Of a DNA stretch of 64,000 bases, positions 9,888 to 18,307 are shown piece after piece. Both the position numbers and the translations under genes were made by a program. The stretch spans positions 1,865,826 through 1,929,825 of the forward strand of contig OZ253670.1 of NCBI GenBank assembly GCA_965263395.1. The letters are read 5' to 3'. Numbering within the stretch: the first letter of the stretch is position 1; each line of letters begins with the position of its first letter. Below the pieces are notes generated by a model. The model saw only the letters and a list, made by a program, of their open reading frames with translations. It did no database searches and had not been told where the DNA came from. This DNA is from Dehalococcoidia bacterium. Lineage in GTDB: Bacteria > Chloroflexota > Dehalococcoidia > Lucifugimonadales > UBA3495.

Positions 9888-10196
9888 CAACCCTTCCCCC
9901 AGACCGGCAAACCAACCCAGGGCAGAAATTCTCTGGGCAAAACCCCCTCGGAAAGCAAACATGAGGAGCAGTCTCAACATGGACCCCCAACCCCCAAACA
10001 CGGATGAATACCAACGTCCCAGAGGACGGCGCCGGCATCACCGCCGGCAGAAATTCCAGCCAGAATTCCCAACCACACCCTGGGATGAACCCGGTAAGGA
10101 GGACGGGACCAGCGCCGGAAGGGACCAGGACCACTCCCCGGCCCTGAATCAAGAGTAGAACACCGCACTCCCAGAATCCCACCAGGAGAGAAACGA

Positions 10197-11255
10197 ATGA
10201 CCATCACCACCAGGCACATAGCCATGGGGACCCTGGCGCTATGCGCCGTTATCACGGCGCTCCTCACCCTGTCAGGCTTCTACATGATACGGCCCGGCGA
10301 GGCCACCGCCGTCCAGACCTTCGGAGCAGCCCGGCTGGAGCCGGCAAACCAGGAGGGCCTGCACTGGCACTGGCCCTGGCCCATTGGGAAGACCACCACC
10401 ATCCAGGTCGACAAGAGCCGGACCGCGGAGGTCGGGTACCAGACCCTCCCCAATGGGAAACTCGACGGCATGACCGGGGAGGACTGGCAGAGGGACCTGA
10501 TCGCGGCCACCATGATCACCGGCGACCTGGGGCTCCTGGAAATCCAGCTGGTCGCTCAGTACTACATCAGCGACCTGAATGCCTACCTATTCGAGGCCGA
10601 TGACCCCGGCATCAGGTTCGACTACACAGAGATCGGCAAGAAACTGAAAACCTACCAGAGCCACCGGGTGGGGTTCCCCGACGGCCAGTCCATCAAGGAC
10701 GCAATGGAGATCGCCATCAGGCGCTCCATCGGGCACCGGACCATCGACCGGGCCCTGGTGGCCGAGCGCGAGACCATCGAGCTGGAGACCCGGGAGTACG
10801 CCCAGGAGATCCTGGACCGATACCGGACCGGCCTGACCATAAGCGCGGTACAACTCCAGGAGATCAAGCCGCCCGATGAGGTGCAGGCCGCCTTCGACGA
10901 CGTGCTGCAGGCCAGGGAGGAGAAGGAGACCAGGATCAACCAGGCCCTGACCTTCGAGTCCCAGACCCTCCCGGAGGCCCGGGGCCAGGCCGAGCTCATC
11001 CGGCAGGAGGCCAACGCCTACAAGCAGGAGCGCATCAACGCCGCCCAGGGCGAGACCCTCCGGTTCGAAGCAGTGCTGGCCGAATACCGGGCGGCGCCGG
11101 AGATCATATCCCGCCGCATGTACCTGGAGACCATGGACCTGGTGCTCCCCCGGACCCGGCAGATCCTCATCCCAGGGGATGAGCTGGGACCAATTATCCT
11201 GAACGCCCAGTCCGGCAACAGCCAGATAATCCCCGTCACCCCCGGAGGCAACTGA
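10197..11255 (+). CDS. hflK: SPFH/band-7 protein, HflK-like FtsH modulator
   Basis: An N-terminal TM helix is followed by an SPFH core (GLHWHWPWPIG..., EIKPPDEVQAAFDDV) and a coiled-coil C-terminus. Confidence 0.85.
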   Translation: MTITTRHIAMGTLALCAVITALLTLSGFYMIRPGEATAVQTFGAARLEPANQEGLHWHWPWPIGKTTTIQVDKSRTAEVGYQTLPNGKLDGMTGEDWQRDLIAATMITGDLGLLEIQLVAQYYISDLNAYLFEADDPGIRFDYTEIGKKLKTYQSHRVGFPDGQSIKDAMEIAIRRSIGHRTIDRALVAERETIELETREYAQEILDRYRTGLTISAVQLQEIKPPDEVQAAFDDVLQAREEKETRINQALTFESQTLPEARGQAELIRQEANAYKQERINAAQGETLRFEAVLAEYRAAPEIISRRMYLETMDLVLPRTRQILIPGDELGPIILNAQSGNSQIIPVTPGGN

Positions 11256-12205
11256 TGAACCGTGGAGCAATTGCCCTCATCGCCCTGATCCCCATCCTCC
11301 TGGTGAGCCTCATCCTGACCCTGTCGGCCCTATACCAGGTGGACCAGAAGGAGTACGGCCTGGAGACCCGCTTCGGCAAGGTCCAGAACATCCGGACCGA
11401 GCCCGGCCTGTACCTGAAGGCCCCCTTCATCGACACCGTGCAGCGCATCGACCGCCGCACTCTCCGGGCCGACATCCCGCCACGGGAGGTCCCGGATCGG
11501 GACAAGGAGCGGTTGATTATTGATACCGTGATCCGGTATCAGATCACCGACCCCCTCAAGTTCCGCGTCACCCTCCGGAACGAGGCCACCGCACGGGAGC
11601 GGCTGCAGAACATCCTCTACTCCGCCATGCGCGACACCGTGGCCCAGCACGACCGGACCGACATCATCGGGGCCCGGGCCAGGCTGGACGAGGACGGGAA
11701 GCCGGCCAACAACGAGGAAGGGCTGCCCATCTTCGACTCCCTGGTGGATACCCGGGACGCCATCGCCCTGTCGATCAGGCAGCGCATGGAAGAAGCCGCG
11801 GTCTCCCAGGGATACGGGATAACCATCCTGAGCGCCGACATCAAGCGGGCCGACTTCCCGCCCCAGGTGCGCAACTCCATCATCGAACGGCTCCGCACCG
11901 AACGGGAGCGGGTGGCGGCAAAGCACCGCGCCGACGGCGAGGAGGAGTACCGGAAGCGCACGGCCAGCGTGCAGAGAGATGCCGACATCCTCATCGCAGA
12001 GGCGCGCCGGGATGCCCGGGAAACCCGGGGAGAAGGAGACGCGGAGGCCATCAGCCTGGTCCAGGAGTCCCTGGCCAAGGACCCCCAGTTCTATACCTTC
12101 CTCCGCACCCTGGAGTCCTACGAGCGGTCCATCCAGCCCGGGGCAATGCTGGTCCTCACCGGACAGGAGGGCTACCTGGAGATCCTCTCGGGTGAGGGGG
12201 AATGA
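11255..12205 (+). CDS. hflC: SPFH/band-7 protein, HflC-like
   Basis: A TM helix is followed by YQVDQKEYGLETRFGKV...PGLYLKAPFIDTV. The start overlaps the hflK stop (TGATG). Confidence 0.85.
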   Translation: MNRGAIALIALIPILLVSLILTLSALYQVDQKEYGLETRFGKVQNIRTEPGLYLKAPFIDTVQRIDRRTLRADIPPREVPDRDKERLIIDTVIRYQITDPLKFRVTLRNEATARERLQNILYSAMRDTVAQHDRTDIIGARARLDEDGKPANNEEGLPIFDSLVDTRDAIALSIRQRMEEAAVSQGYGITILSADIKRADFPPQVRNSIIERLRTERERVAAKHRADGEEEYRKRTASVQRDADILIAEARRDARETRGEGDAEAISLVQESLAKDPQFYTFLRTLESYERSIQPGAMLVLTGQEGYLEILSGEGE

Positions 12206-12480
12206 CCACCCAGGCGAAAACCCAGGTCAGGGTCCGGGATACATCCACCGGCTTCGATGACGAGGAGGAGGCCATCCTCCACACCTTCAGGATGAACCGG
12301 TCCGGCAACCCCACCACAATCGTGATGGAAACATACCGGGGGCCGGTGGAGATACGCTCCGGTCCCGTCCTGGTCAGCCGGAGCTCGGCCGGCATCGCGC
12401 CGGGGAAAATCAGCGTGGAGTGGGACAGAAAGGTAACCTCCTTCACCAGACACCGGAAATCCACGCCCAGGCCGGGATGA
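12202..12480 (+). CDS. hypothetical small protein, translationally coupled to hflC
   Basis: ATGA overlap at 12202. 92 aa. Confidence 0.5.
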   Translation: MTTQAKTQVRVRDTSTGFDDEEEAILHTFRMNRSGNPTTIVMETYRGPVEIRSGPVLVSRSSAGIAPGKISVEWDRKVTSFTRHRKSTPRPG

Positions 12481-13574
12481 TCTCAGGGGAAGACCCCAAG
12501 CAGCTCCCGCCAACCAAGCACGGCAAGATCCAAGACATGCTCATCGAGTTCCTGGAACTCCCCAGGGCCATGGCCCTGCTCGTTCAGACCGGAGACCTGC
12601 CGGCGGGAGGCGGCCCTCATGGAGCAGTACCGGAAGAAGCAGCAAAAGTTTGCCCAGGGGGATGGGACCCAGCCTCCCATCCCCCACATCTGCCGGCGCT
12701 GGGGGATTTGAAGCAGGGAGGAGACACACAGATGGTCAGAACGATCAACACCGCCAGAAAGAAGGATATGACAGACCAACAGGACCTCCGGTCATCCAGC
12801 GGATGGCACGCCGCCCTCCTCCTACACCTCGCCCAGCACATGGACCACCCGGCCTGCTCAGAGATAAACTCGGCAGCCTTCCTCCTCCAGGAGTGGCTGG
12901 GAGCGCCAACCAGGTTCATCTTCCCAATGGCGGGTGGACGGACTGCCTCCCACGACCTTCAGGACCTCCTCCTGGGAACAATGGTCACCAATATGGTGGT
13001 GGAACACCCGGCCAGGAGGCTGGCCAGCCCGGTTAAACCCGGACACCACAGCAACACGGTGCTGCTCCGGAACGAAGACCTGCTGGAACAGTACCGGAGC
13101 AGGATCGCATTCGTCCTCAAGATGACGGAGGAAATCCCGGAAAGCGAGCGGCATGACCTATCCGCACTCATCTGGCTGATCAGCCGGAAACCCGGCATCG
13201 GCCGCCGGAACCTCCTGAGGGACCACTCCAAGCTCTGGAACGCGATGCCAGGGTATCCCTTCCCCTACGACCGCACCCAGACCTCGGTCCTGCACCTCCA
13301 GAAATTCACCGGGATAGCACGAGCCAACGGACTGGAACCCCTGGTCATCATGCCGGACCATCCGGAAGATATCCCGGCCGGGCCCCCGTCCTGCCGGACT
13401 CACCGGGAGGCCTACAACCTGGAAACCAGTGGGAAGCGGTTCCACATCGTCCAGAATGAAGCCGGCCTCATGGCCTGCTGGGAAAACGAACGGGAGATGA
13501 CGCCGGTCAGAATTGAATTGCCGGGGAGCCGGCCTGACCACTGGGAGATGGGATGTCCCCTTTCAGATTCCTGA
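12477..13574 (+). CDS. hypothetical protein (possibly two genes; internal start candidate at 12732)
   Basis: ATGA overlap at 12477. The track start at 12420 is upstream of it. A strong GGGAGGAG lies 8 nt before the in-frame ATG at 12732. See findings. Confidence 0.5.
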   Translation: MISGEDPKQLPPTKHGKIQDMLIEFLELPRAMALLVQTGDLPAGGGPHGAVPEEAAKVCPGGWDPASHPPHLPALGDLKQGGDTQMVRTINTARKKDMTDQQDLRSSSGWHAALLLHLAQHMDHPACSEINSAAFLLQEWLGAPTRFIFPMAGGRTASHDLQDLLLGTMVTNMVVEHPARRLASPVKPGHHSNTVLLRNEDLLEQYRSRIAFVLKMTEEIPESERHDLSALIWLISRKPGIGRRNLLRDHSKLWNAMPGYPFPYDRTQTSVLHLQKFTGIARANGLEPLVIMPDHPEDIPAGPPSCRTHREAYNLETSGKRFHIVQNEAGLMACWENEREMTPVRIELPGSRPDHWEMGCPLSDS

Positions 13575-14029
13575 GGGAGATGGATGCCAGGTTCTGGAAC
13601 GACCCCTGGTGGCTCAGGGCCATAATCGCGTGGGTCCTGGCAGCCCCCACCCTGGGATACGCGGGCTCCAACACCCTGGCCCACCTGATCGGCCAGCACC
13701 CCATCACCCTGGGCCTGGGGATCCTGTCTATGGCTCCCCTGATCGCATGTCCGGCCCTGATGATAGCCAGGGAAAAGACCCCGGAGGGAAATCCCCTCCG
13801 GGGCATCAGCCCCCTCTGGCTGCTCATGGCCGCGATGCAGATCTGCGTCATAACCACCACAATCCCCATCTGGGGGATAACCGTTCTGGCCGGCGAGAGT
13901 CCCGGAACCTTCCTCAACATCGCCGCCGCCCTGTCTCCCATGATCGCCCTGTTACTGCCCACCACTCTCAGGGAAATCTGGAAGAATGAGAAACCCACCG
14001 CGCGATGCCTGAAGGAGGACAGAGAATGA
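13553..14029 (+). CDS. integral membrane protein (about 4 TM segments)
   Basis: The sequence contains hydrophobic helices (WWLRAIIAWVLAAPTLG, LGLGILSMAPLIACPALMIA, and others). Confidence 0.6.
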   Translation: MSPFRFLREMDARFWNDPWWLRAIIAWVLAAPTLGYAGSNTLAHLIGQHPITLGLGILSMAPLIACPALMIAREKTPEGNPLRGISPLWLLMAAMQICVITTTIPIWGITVLAGESPGTFLNIAAALSPMIALLLPTTLREIWKNEKPTARCLKEDRE

Positions 14030-14484
14030 CCAGCAACACCCTGGGGAGAAAGACCCAGTGGGCACTGGCATCGGCCCCAATCATTGGAATGGCCACCGCC
14101 GGACTGGCGGCATGGGGACTCCGTGGGGACGAGCCCCAGGTAATACCAATAGCCGCCGTGCTGGCGGGGATCGGCATCACCGCCGCTCCCGGAATACTCC
14201 TGGCCGCCAGCAAAACAGCAGGACTCATCAGGATGCAGCGGGGAATACTGGCCAAGAGCGGCCTATTCAAGACCACCTTCCTGGGATACATGATCGCCAA
14301 CGCAGTCATGTTCCCCACCGTCCTGGCCCTCCGGACATGGGCCGGACACGAGACCCAGCCAGTTGAGACGGCACTGGCCCTCACCGTGCTCCCAGTCTGC
14401 GGCACGGCAGCCTGGCTGATCTTCAGGAACATCAGAGCCGAGAGGAGAAAACCCACCATGCAGAAGGAAAAGCAAGATGGCTGA
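14026..14484 (+). CDS. integral membrane protein
   Basis: ATGA overlap at 14026. Several TM helices. Confidence 0.6.
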   Translation: MTSNTLGRKTQWALASAPIIGMATAGLAAWGLRGDEPQVIPIAAVLAGIGITAAPGILLAASKTAGLIRMQRGILAKSGLFKTTFLGYMIANAVMFPTVLALRTWAGHETQPVETALALTVLPVCGTAAWLIFRNIRAERRKPTMQKEKQDG

Positions 14485-15343
14485 GAATACAAAGATCGAG
14501 TGGACCACTCACACATTTAACCCGTGGATCGGTTGTCAGGTCGTCAGCCCAGGCTGCGATAACTGCTATGCCGAGACCCTCTCCAACCGGAGGGGCTGGA
14601 CCCAGTGGGGACCGGAGGGAGAACGGGTCCGGACCAAGCCAGCAACCTGGAAGCAGCCACTGACCTGGGACCGGAAAGCCCGGGCCGCCGGTGAGCGGCA
14701 CAAGGTATTCTGCGCCAGCCTGGCCGATGTCTTCGACAACCAGGCCCCAACGGAACCCACAGATGCCCGGGAAGACCTGTTCGAGCTCATCCGCCAAACC
14801 CCGAACCTGGACTGGCAGCTCCTGACCAAGCGGCCCCAGAATTTCGCAAGGTTCCTGCCCGAAGATTGGGGAGAAACCGGCTACCCCAACGTCTGGCTGG
14901 GGGTCAGCGCCGAGAACCAGGAGGAGTACGACCGCCGGTGGCGCCTCTTGGCAGAAACCCCCGCGGCCGTCCGGTTCATCAGCTACGAACCGGCCCTGGG
15001 CCCGGTATCGCTCCGTGGTTTCAACCAACACCCGGACTGGTTGATCTGGGGCGGCGAGTCCGGGCCGGGGTGCCGTCCCATGCAGGCCCAATGGGCCCGG
15101 GACATCACCAGGGAATGCGTCGAGCTCGAGATTCCCGTGTTCGGCAAGCAGTGGGGCAGCTACAACAGCAACCCCCTGGTGACCGAACAGCAGTACTCAC
15201 TCAGTCAGGCGGAGCTCCACGACCCCCGGACCAACGGCAAGGGCGGAGCCCTCCTGGACGGGAGACTGTGGCGCCAGTTCCCTCTGTCTGCCGGCCTGCT
15301 GCTGGGGCAGACCGGCAGACAGAGGGAAAAACATGAACCTTGA
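14477..15343 (+). CDS. phage Gp37/Gp68 family protein (DUF5131)
   Basis: The characteristic N-terminus TKIEWTTHTFNPWIGC..SPGCDNCYAE is present. Confidence 0.8.
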   Translation: MAENTKIEWTTHTFNPWIGCQVVSPGCDNCYAETLSNRRGWTQWGPEGERVRTKPATWKQPLTWDRKARAAGERHKVFCASLADVFDNQAPTEPTDAREDLFELIRQTPNLDWQLLTKRPQNFARFLPEDWGETGYPNVWLGVSAENQEEYDRRWRLLAETPAAVRFISYEPALGPVSLRGFNQHPDWLIWGGESGPGCRPMQAQWARDITRECVELEIPVFGKQWGSYNSNPLVTEQQYSLSQAELHDPRTNGKGGALLDGRLWRQFPLSAGLLLGQTGRQREKHEP

Positions 15344-15483
15344 AACATTGAAACTCCTCCAGGACAACGGGCAGCCCCTCATCCTCACCACACGGTAACG
15401 ACCCCGAGAACCAGAATCCGGAGAGCCGGAACCCCCAGAACCAAGACCCAGGGACTTAAACGGACAGGAGAGAAGGAACACAG

Positions 15484-16650
15484 ATGAAAGTCAAATGCCT
15501 CCAGGGAAACCTGAGCCACGGGTTGGCCATGGCCAACCAGATCATCAACGCCAGAACCACCATGCCCATCACCCAGAACGTCCTCATGGTCGCCATCGAC
15601 GGCGCCGTCAAGATGCAGGCCACCAACCTGCAGACCTCCCTGACCACCTGGGTGCCGGCCGACGTGGAGGAGGCCGGCGGGATAACCGTCCCCCTGAAGC
15701 TCCTCCACGAGTTCGTATCAACCCTCCCCAATGATGTGGTGGAGCTCCGGGTACCCCAGGATGACCCGGACGACGGCAGCCTGCTGGTCCTGAAGTGCCT
15801 CCGGAACAAGGCCCACATAAACGGGACCATGACGGACCAGTTCCCGCCGATACCCGAGGTCGAGAAGGAGAGCAGCCTGGCCGTGAAGGCCAGCGAGTTC
15901 AGCACCGCCATCGCACGGACCGAGTTCTGCGCCGCCAAGGAGGACAACCGCCCGGTCCTGACCGGGGTGAACATCCGATTCCAGGAAGAGGGGTTCATCA
16001 TGGCCGCCGCGGACGGCTTCCGCCTGGCAGTGCAGGAGGGCAGCCTGGAGAACCCGGTGGAAGACCCCTTCGAGATCAACCTGCCCGCCAACTTCCTGAA
16101 GCGGCTCAGGGCCATCCAGGGAGACAGCGAGGAGCCGGTCCACATCCATATGCCCCAGAACCGGAAACAGGCGCTGTTCCAGTTCATCGCCGCCGCCCAC
16201 GGGGAGTTCCGGGTGGAGATGACCACCCTTCTCCTGGAGGGAGAATACCCCAGCTACCAGGATCTCATACCCGAAAGCTCCTCGGCCAAGGCCGTGGTGG
16301 AAAGCGGAAGCCTGATGCAGGCCGTGCGCAGCACCTCCCTCTTCACCAAGAACAACTTCAACAAGATAACTCTACAGATGGATGCAGATGGGGACGAGGG
16401 CAAGCCCACCACCACCATCTACGGAGAGGGTGAGGAGACCGGCAACAGCCGGGCCGTGGTGGAGATGGAGGAGATGGAGGGCCCACCGGTGCAGATCTCC
16501 TTCAACCACCAGTACCTGAAGGACATCCTGAACATCACCGACAAGTGCAAGATCCGGATGGAGACCAACAGCGACCGGGCCCCGGGAGTGTTCCGGCTCG
16601 TGGACTCCGACCTCTACACCCACGTGATAATGCCCATCATGCCCGCCTGA
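15484..16650 (+). CDS. dnaN: DNA polymerase III beta sliding clamp
   Basis: 388 aa with a typical DnaN N-terminus (MKVKCLQGNLSHGLAMANQII...TMPITQNVLM) and three-domain length. Confidence 0.9.
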   Translation: MKVKCLQGNLSHGLAMANQIINARTTMPITQNVLMVAIDGAVKMQATNLQTSLTTWVPADVEEAGGITVPLKLLHEFVSTLPNDVVELRVPQDDPDDGSLLVLKCLRNKAHINGTMTDQFPPIPEVEKESSLAVKASEFSTAIARTEFCAAKEDNRPVLTGVNIRFQEEGFIMAAADGFRLAVQEGSLENPVEDPFEINLPANFLKRLRAIQGDSEEPVHIHMPQNRKQALFQFIAAAHGEFRVEMTTLLLEGEYPSYQDLIPESSSAKAVVESGSLMQAVRSTSLFTKNNFNKITLQMDADGDEGKPTTTIYGEGEETGNSRAVVEMEEMEGPPVQISFNHQYLKDILNITDKCKIRMETNSDRAPGVFRLVDSDLYTHVIMPIMPA

Positions 16651-16666
16651 TCAGGAAGGGGGATGA

Positions 16667-17188
16667 ATGCCGGCCCAGACCAGCGAGAAGCAGTTCCAGT
16701 CAACCATCATCCAGGCCATCCAGGCCAGGAACTGCCTCGTCTTCCACATACACGACTCCCGGCGCCAGATACGCACCCCGGAGGGAGCCATGCACTGGGT
16801 CGGCGACCAGCAGGCCAGGGGATACCCGGACCTCACCATCATACGGAGAAACCCCCTCCCGATCTGGATTCCAATGGACCAGAAAGCATTCTGGGCCGAG
16901 CTCAAACGGGAGGGCCAGAACCCCAACGAGAACCAGGTCCAGTACCTGGAAGAACTCCCCCCTCACCGGGCATTTCTCTGGAGGCCCCATGACTTCGATG
17001 ACGCCGACCGGATTATCCAGAACGGCCACCCCACCGACGGACGGAAGTGCCCGACCTGCTGGACCTGCTGGGGCGCCGAGCTCCTCATCCGGAAGGGAAG
17101 AGGAAAACAGAGCCCCAAGCAGGTCAGCTTCATTGAAAGACCCCGGACCCAGCGGCTGGAACAAGTCCAGCCGCCCCCCGGCACATGA
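16667..17188 (+). CDS. VRR-NUC domain nuclease
   Basis: A PD-(D/E)XK-like core is present: GYPDLTII ... AELKREGQNPNENQVQYLE. Confidence 0.75.
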   Translation: MPAQTSEKQFQSTIIQAIQARNCLVFHIHDSRRQIRTPEGAMHWVGDQQARGYPDLTIIRRNPLPIWIPMDQKAFWAELKREGQNPNENQVQYLEELPPHRAFLWRPHDFDDADRIIQNGHPTDGRKCPTCWTCWGAELLIRKGRGKQSPKQVSFIERPRTQRLEQVQPPPGT

Positions 17189-17230
17189 CCAGCAGCAGAA
17201 CCCCAGCAGCAGAACCCCATCAAACTAAAA

Positions 17231-17626
17231 ATGGACCATCGGACAATCATGCAAGAAACCATGCAAGAAACCAACATCAGGAACTACACAGCGAGAGCCC
17301 AGAGGGTCTACCAAGACCAGCTGGCCGAATACACCCTCCTATCGGTGGAGGCCACCAGCCCGGAACATGCCGGGGAGAGCGTGAAAAATTGGTGCCGGAA
17401 GATGAACCAACTGGACCAGGACTGGGAAACCAACCCGGGCCAGCCCCCCATCCAGATGGTGGCCGACTCCATATCGGAGGTCATGCCCCTTTCCACAGAA
17501 CCCGGAACCCACACCGCCTGGGTCAACCCCGGCTCAGCACAATGCTGCGTCATAACCGTGCTCAGGTCAGGGCTGACCAGGTATCCCCAAATCGACGGCG
17601 AAGAACAAGATGACCAGCAAAACTGA
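17231..17626 (+). CDS. hypothetical protein
   Basis: 131-aa ORF. It contains a 12-nt duplication at 17248-17271 (MQETMQET). Confidence 0.5.
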   Translation: MDHRTIMQETMQETNIRNYTARAQRVYQDQLAEYTLLSVEATSPEHAGESVKNWCRKMNQLDQDWETNPGQPPIQMVADSISEVMPLSTEPGTHTAWVNPGSAQCCVITVLRSGLTRYPQIDGEEQDDQQN

Positions 17627-17795
17627 ACGACCGCCGGCAACCATCCAGGATGGCCGAAGGCAGAACTTCGAAATGGCCTCACTGTCCGGAGACCGGATGG
17701 ACCGGACCTGACCCAGGCCAACCCCATCTTCGCCAAGATCCGGCAGGGGTGACCCCCCAGCCGGGAAAAACAGAAGTCAAAAAGGAGAACGCCGA

Positions 17796-18080
17796 ATGGC
17801 AGGAACAGTGAACCAGGTCATCCTCATGGGACGGCTCGGCAACGACCCGGAGATACGCTACACCCAGGGAGGAACCGCCCTGGCCAACGCCAGGATGGCC
17901 ACCGACCGGTACCGGGCCGGGCAGGATCCCCAGACCGGCTGGCACACCATAGCCGCCTGGGGGAAGGCCGCCGAGATCCTGGCCGAACGCGCCCACAAGG
18001 GGGACCTGGTCCACATCGTGGGAAGAATCGTCAACAATTCCTGGACCGGTGACGACGGCCAGAAACGGGAACGCACCTAG
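17796..18080 (+). CDS. ssb: single-stranded DNA-binding protein, OB-fold part ending at an in-frame amber codon
   Basis: The sequence MAGTVNQVILMGRLGNDPEIRYTQGGTALANARMAT...WHTIAAWGKAAE...GDLVHIVGRI is a typical SSB. AAGGAG precedes the start. TAG at 18078-18080. Confidence 0.85.
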   Translation: MAGTVNQVILMGRLGNDPEIRYTQGGTALANARMATDRYRAGQDPQTGWHTIAAWGKAAEILAERAHKGDLVHIVGRIVNNSWTGDDGQKRERT

Positions 18081-18296
18081 ATCCACACCAACAGCATAGT
18101 CCCCCTGGGCCGGCCGGGCAGCGCCAGCCAGAACGGCGCCAGCCAGAAACCGGAGTCCCATGAACCGGAGTCCCATGAACCGGAGTCCCATGAACCGGAG
18201 TCCCATGAACCGGAGTCCCATGAACCGGAATCCCAGGAACCGGAGTCCCATGAACCGGAGTCCCATGACATCCACAGCCCGGATATCCCATTCTGA
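18081..18296 (+). other. in-frame continuation of ssb beyond the TAG: end of OB fold, repeat linker and DIPF tip
   Basis: The same frame reads IHTNSIVPLGRPGSASQNGASQK(PESHE)n...DIHSPDIPF and then TGA at 18294-18296. The ORF track misses it because it has no start codon. Confidence 0.75.
18150..18269 (+). repeat. 15-nt tandem repeat ccggagtcccatgaa, 8 copies (2 variants)
   Basis: Read directly from the sequence. It encodes (PESHE)n in the ssb frame. Confidence 0.95.
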
Positions 18297-18307
18297 GCCG
18301 CATCAAC

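Noticed and set aside
9961-10158. 65-aa ORF in the 375-nt gap before hflK
   Set aside because: It has no RBS, and its composition is highly basic and Pro-rich (RPRGRRRHHRRQK), typical of an off-frame reading. The gap is left as non-coding of unknown role.
12478-12711. Frame of gene 12202-12480 stays open for 77 codons after its TGA (possible TGA read-through or selenocysteine)
   Set aside because: Most of the extension (SQGKTPSSSRQPSTARSKTCSSSSWNSPGPWPC…) has out-of-frame-like Ser/Arg/Pro composition. Frame 0 is protein-like over the same nucleotides. No SECIS-like element is evident.
17005-17020. DnaA-box-like ttatccaga
   Set aside because: It is a single imperfect copy inside the VRR-NUC coding sequence, and there is no cluster.
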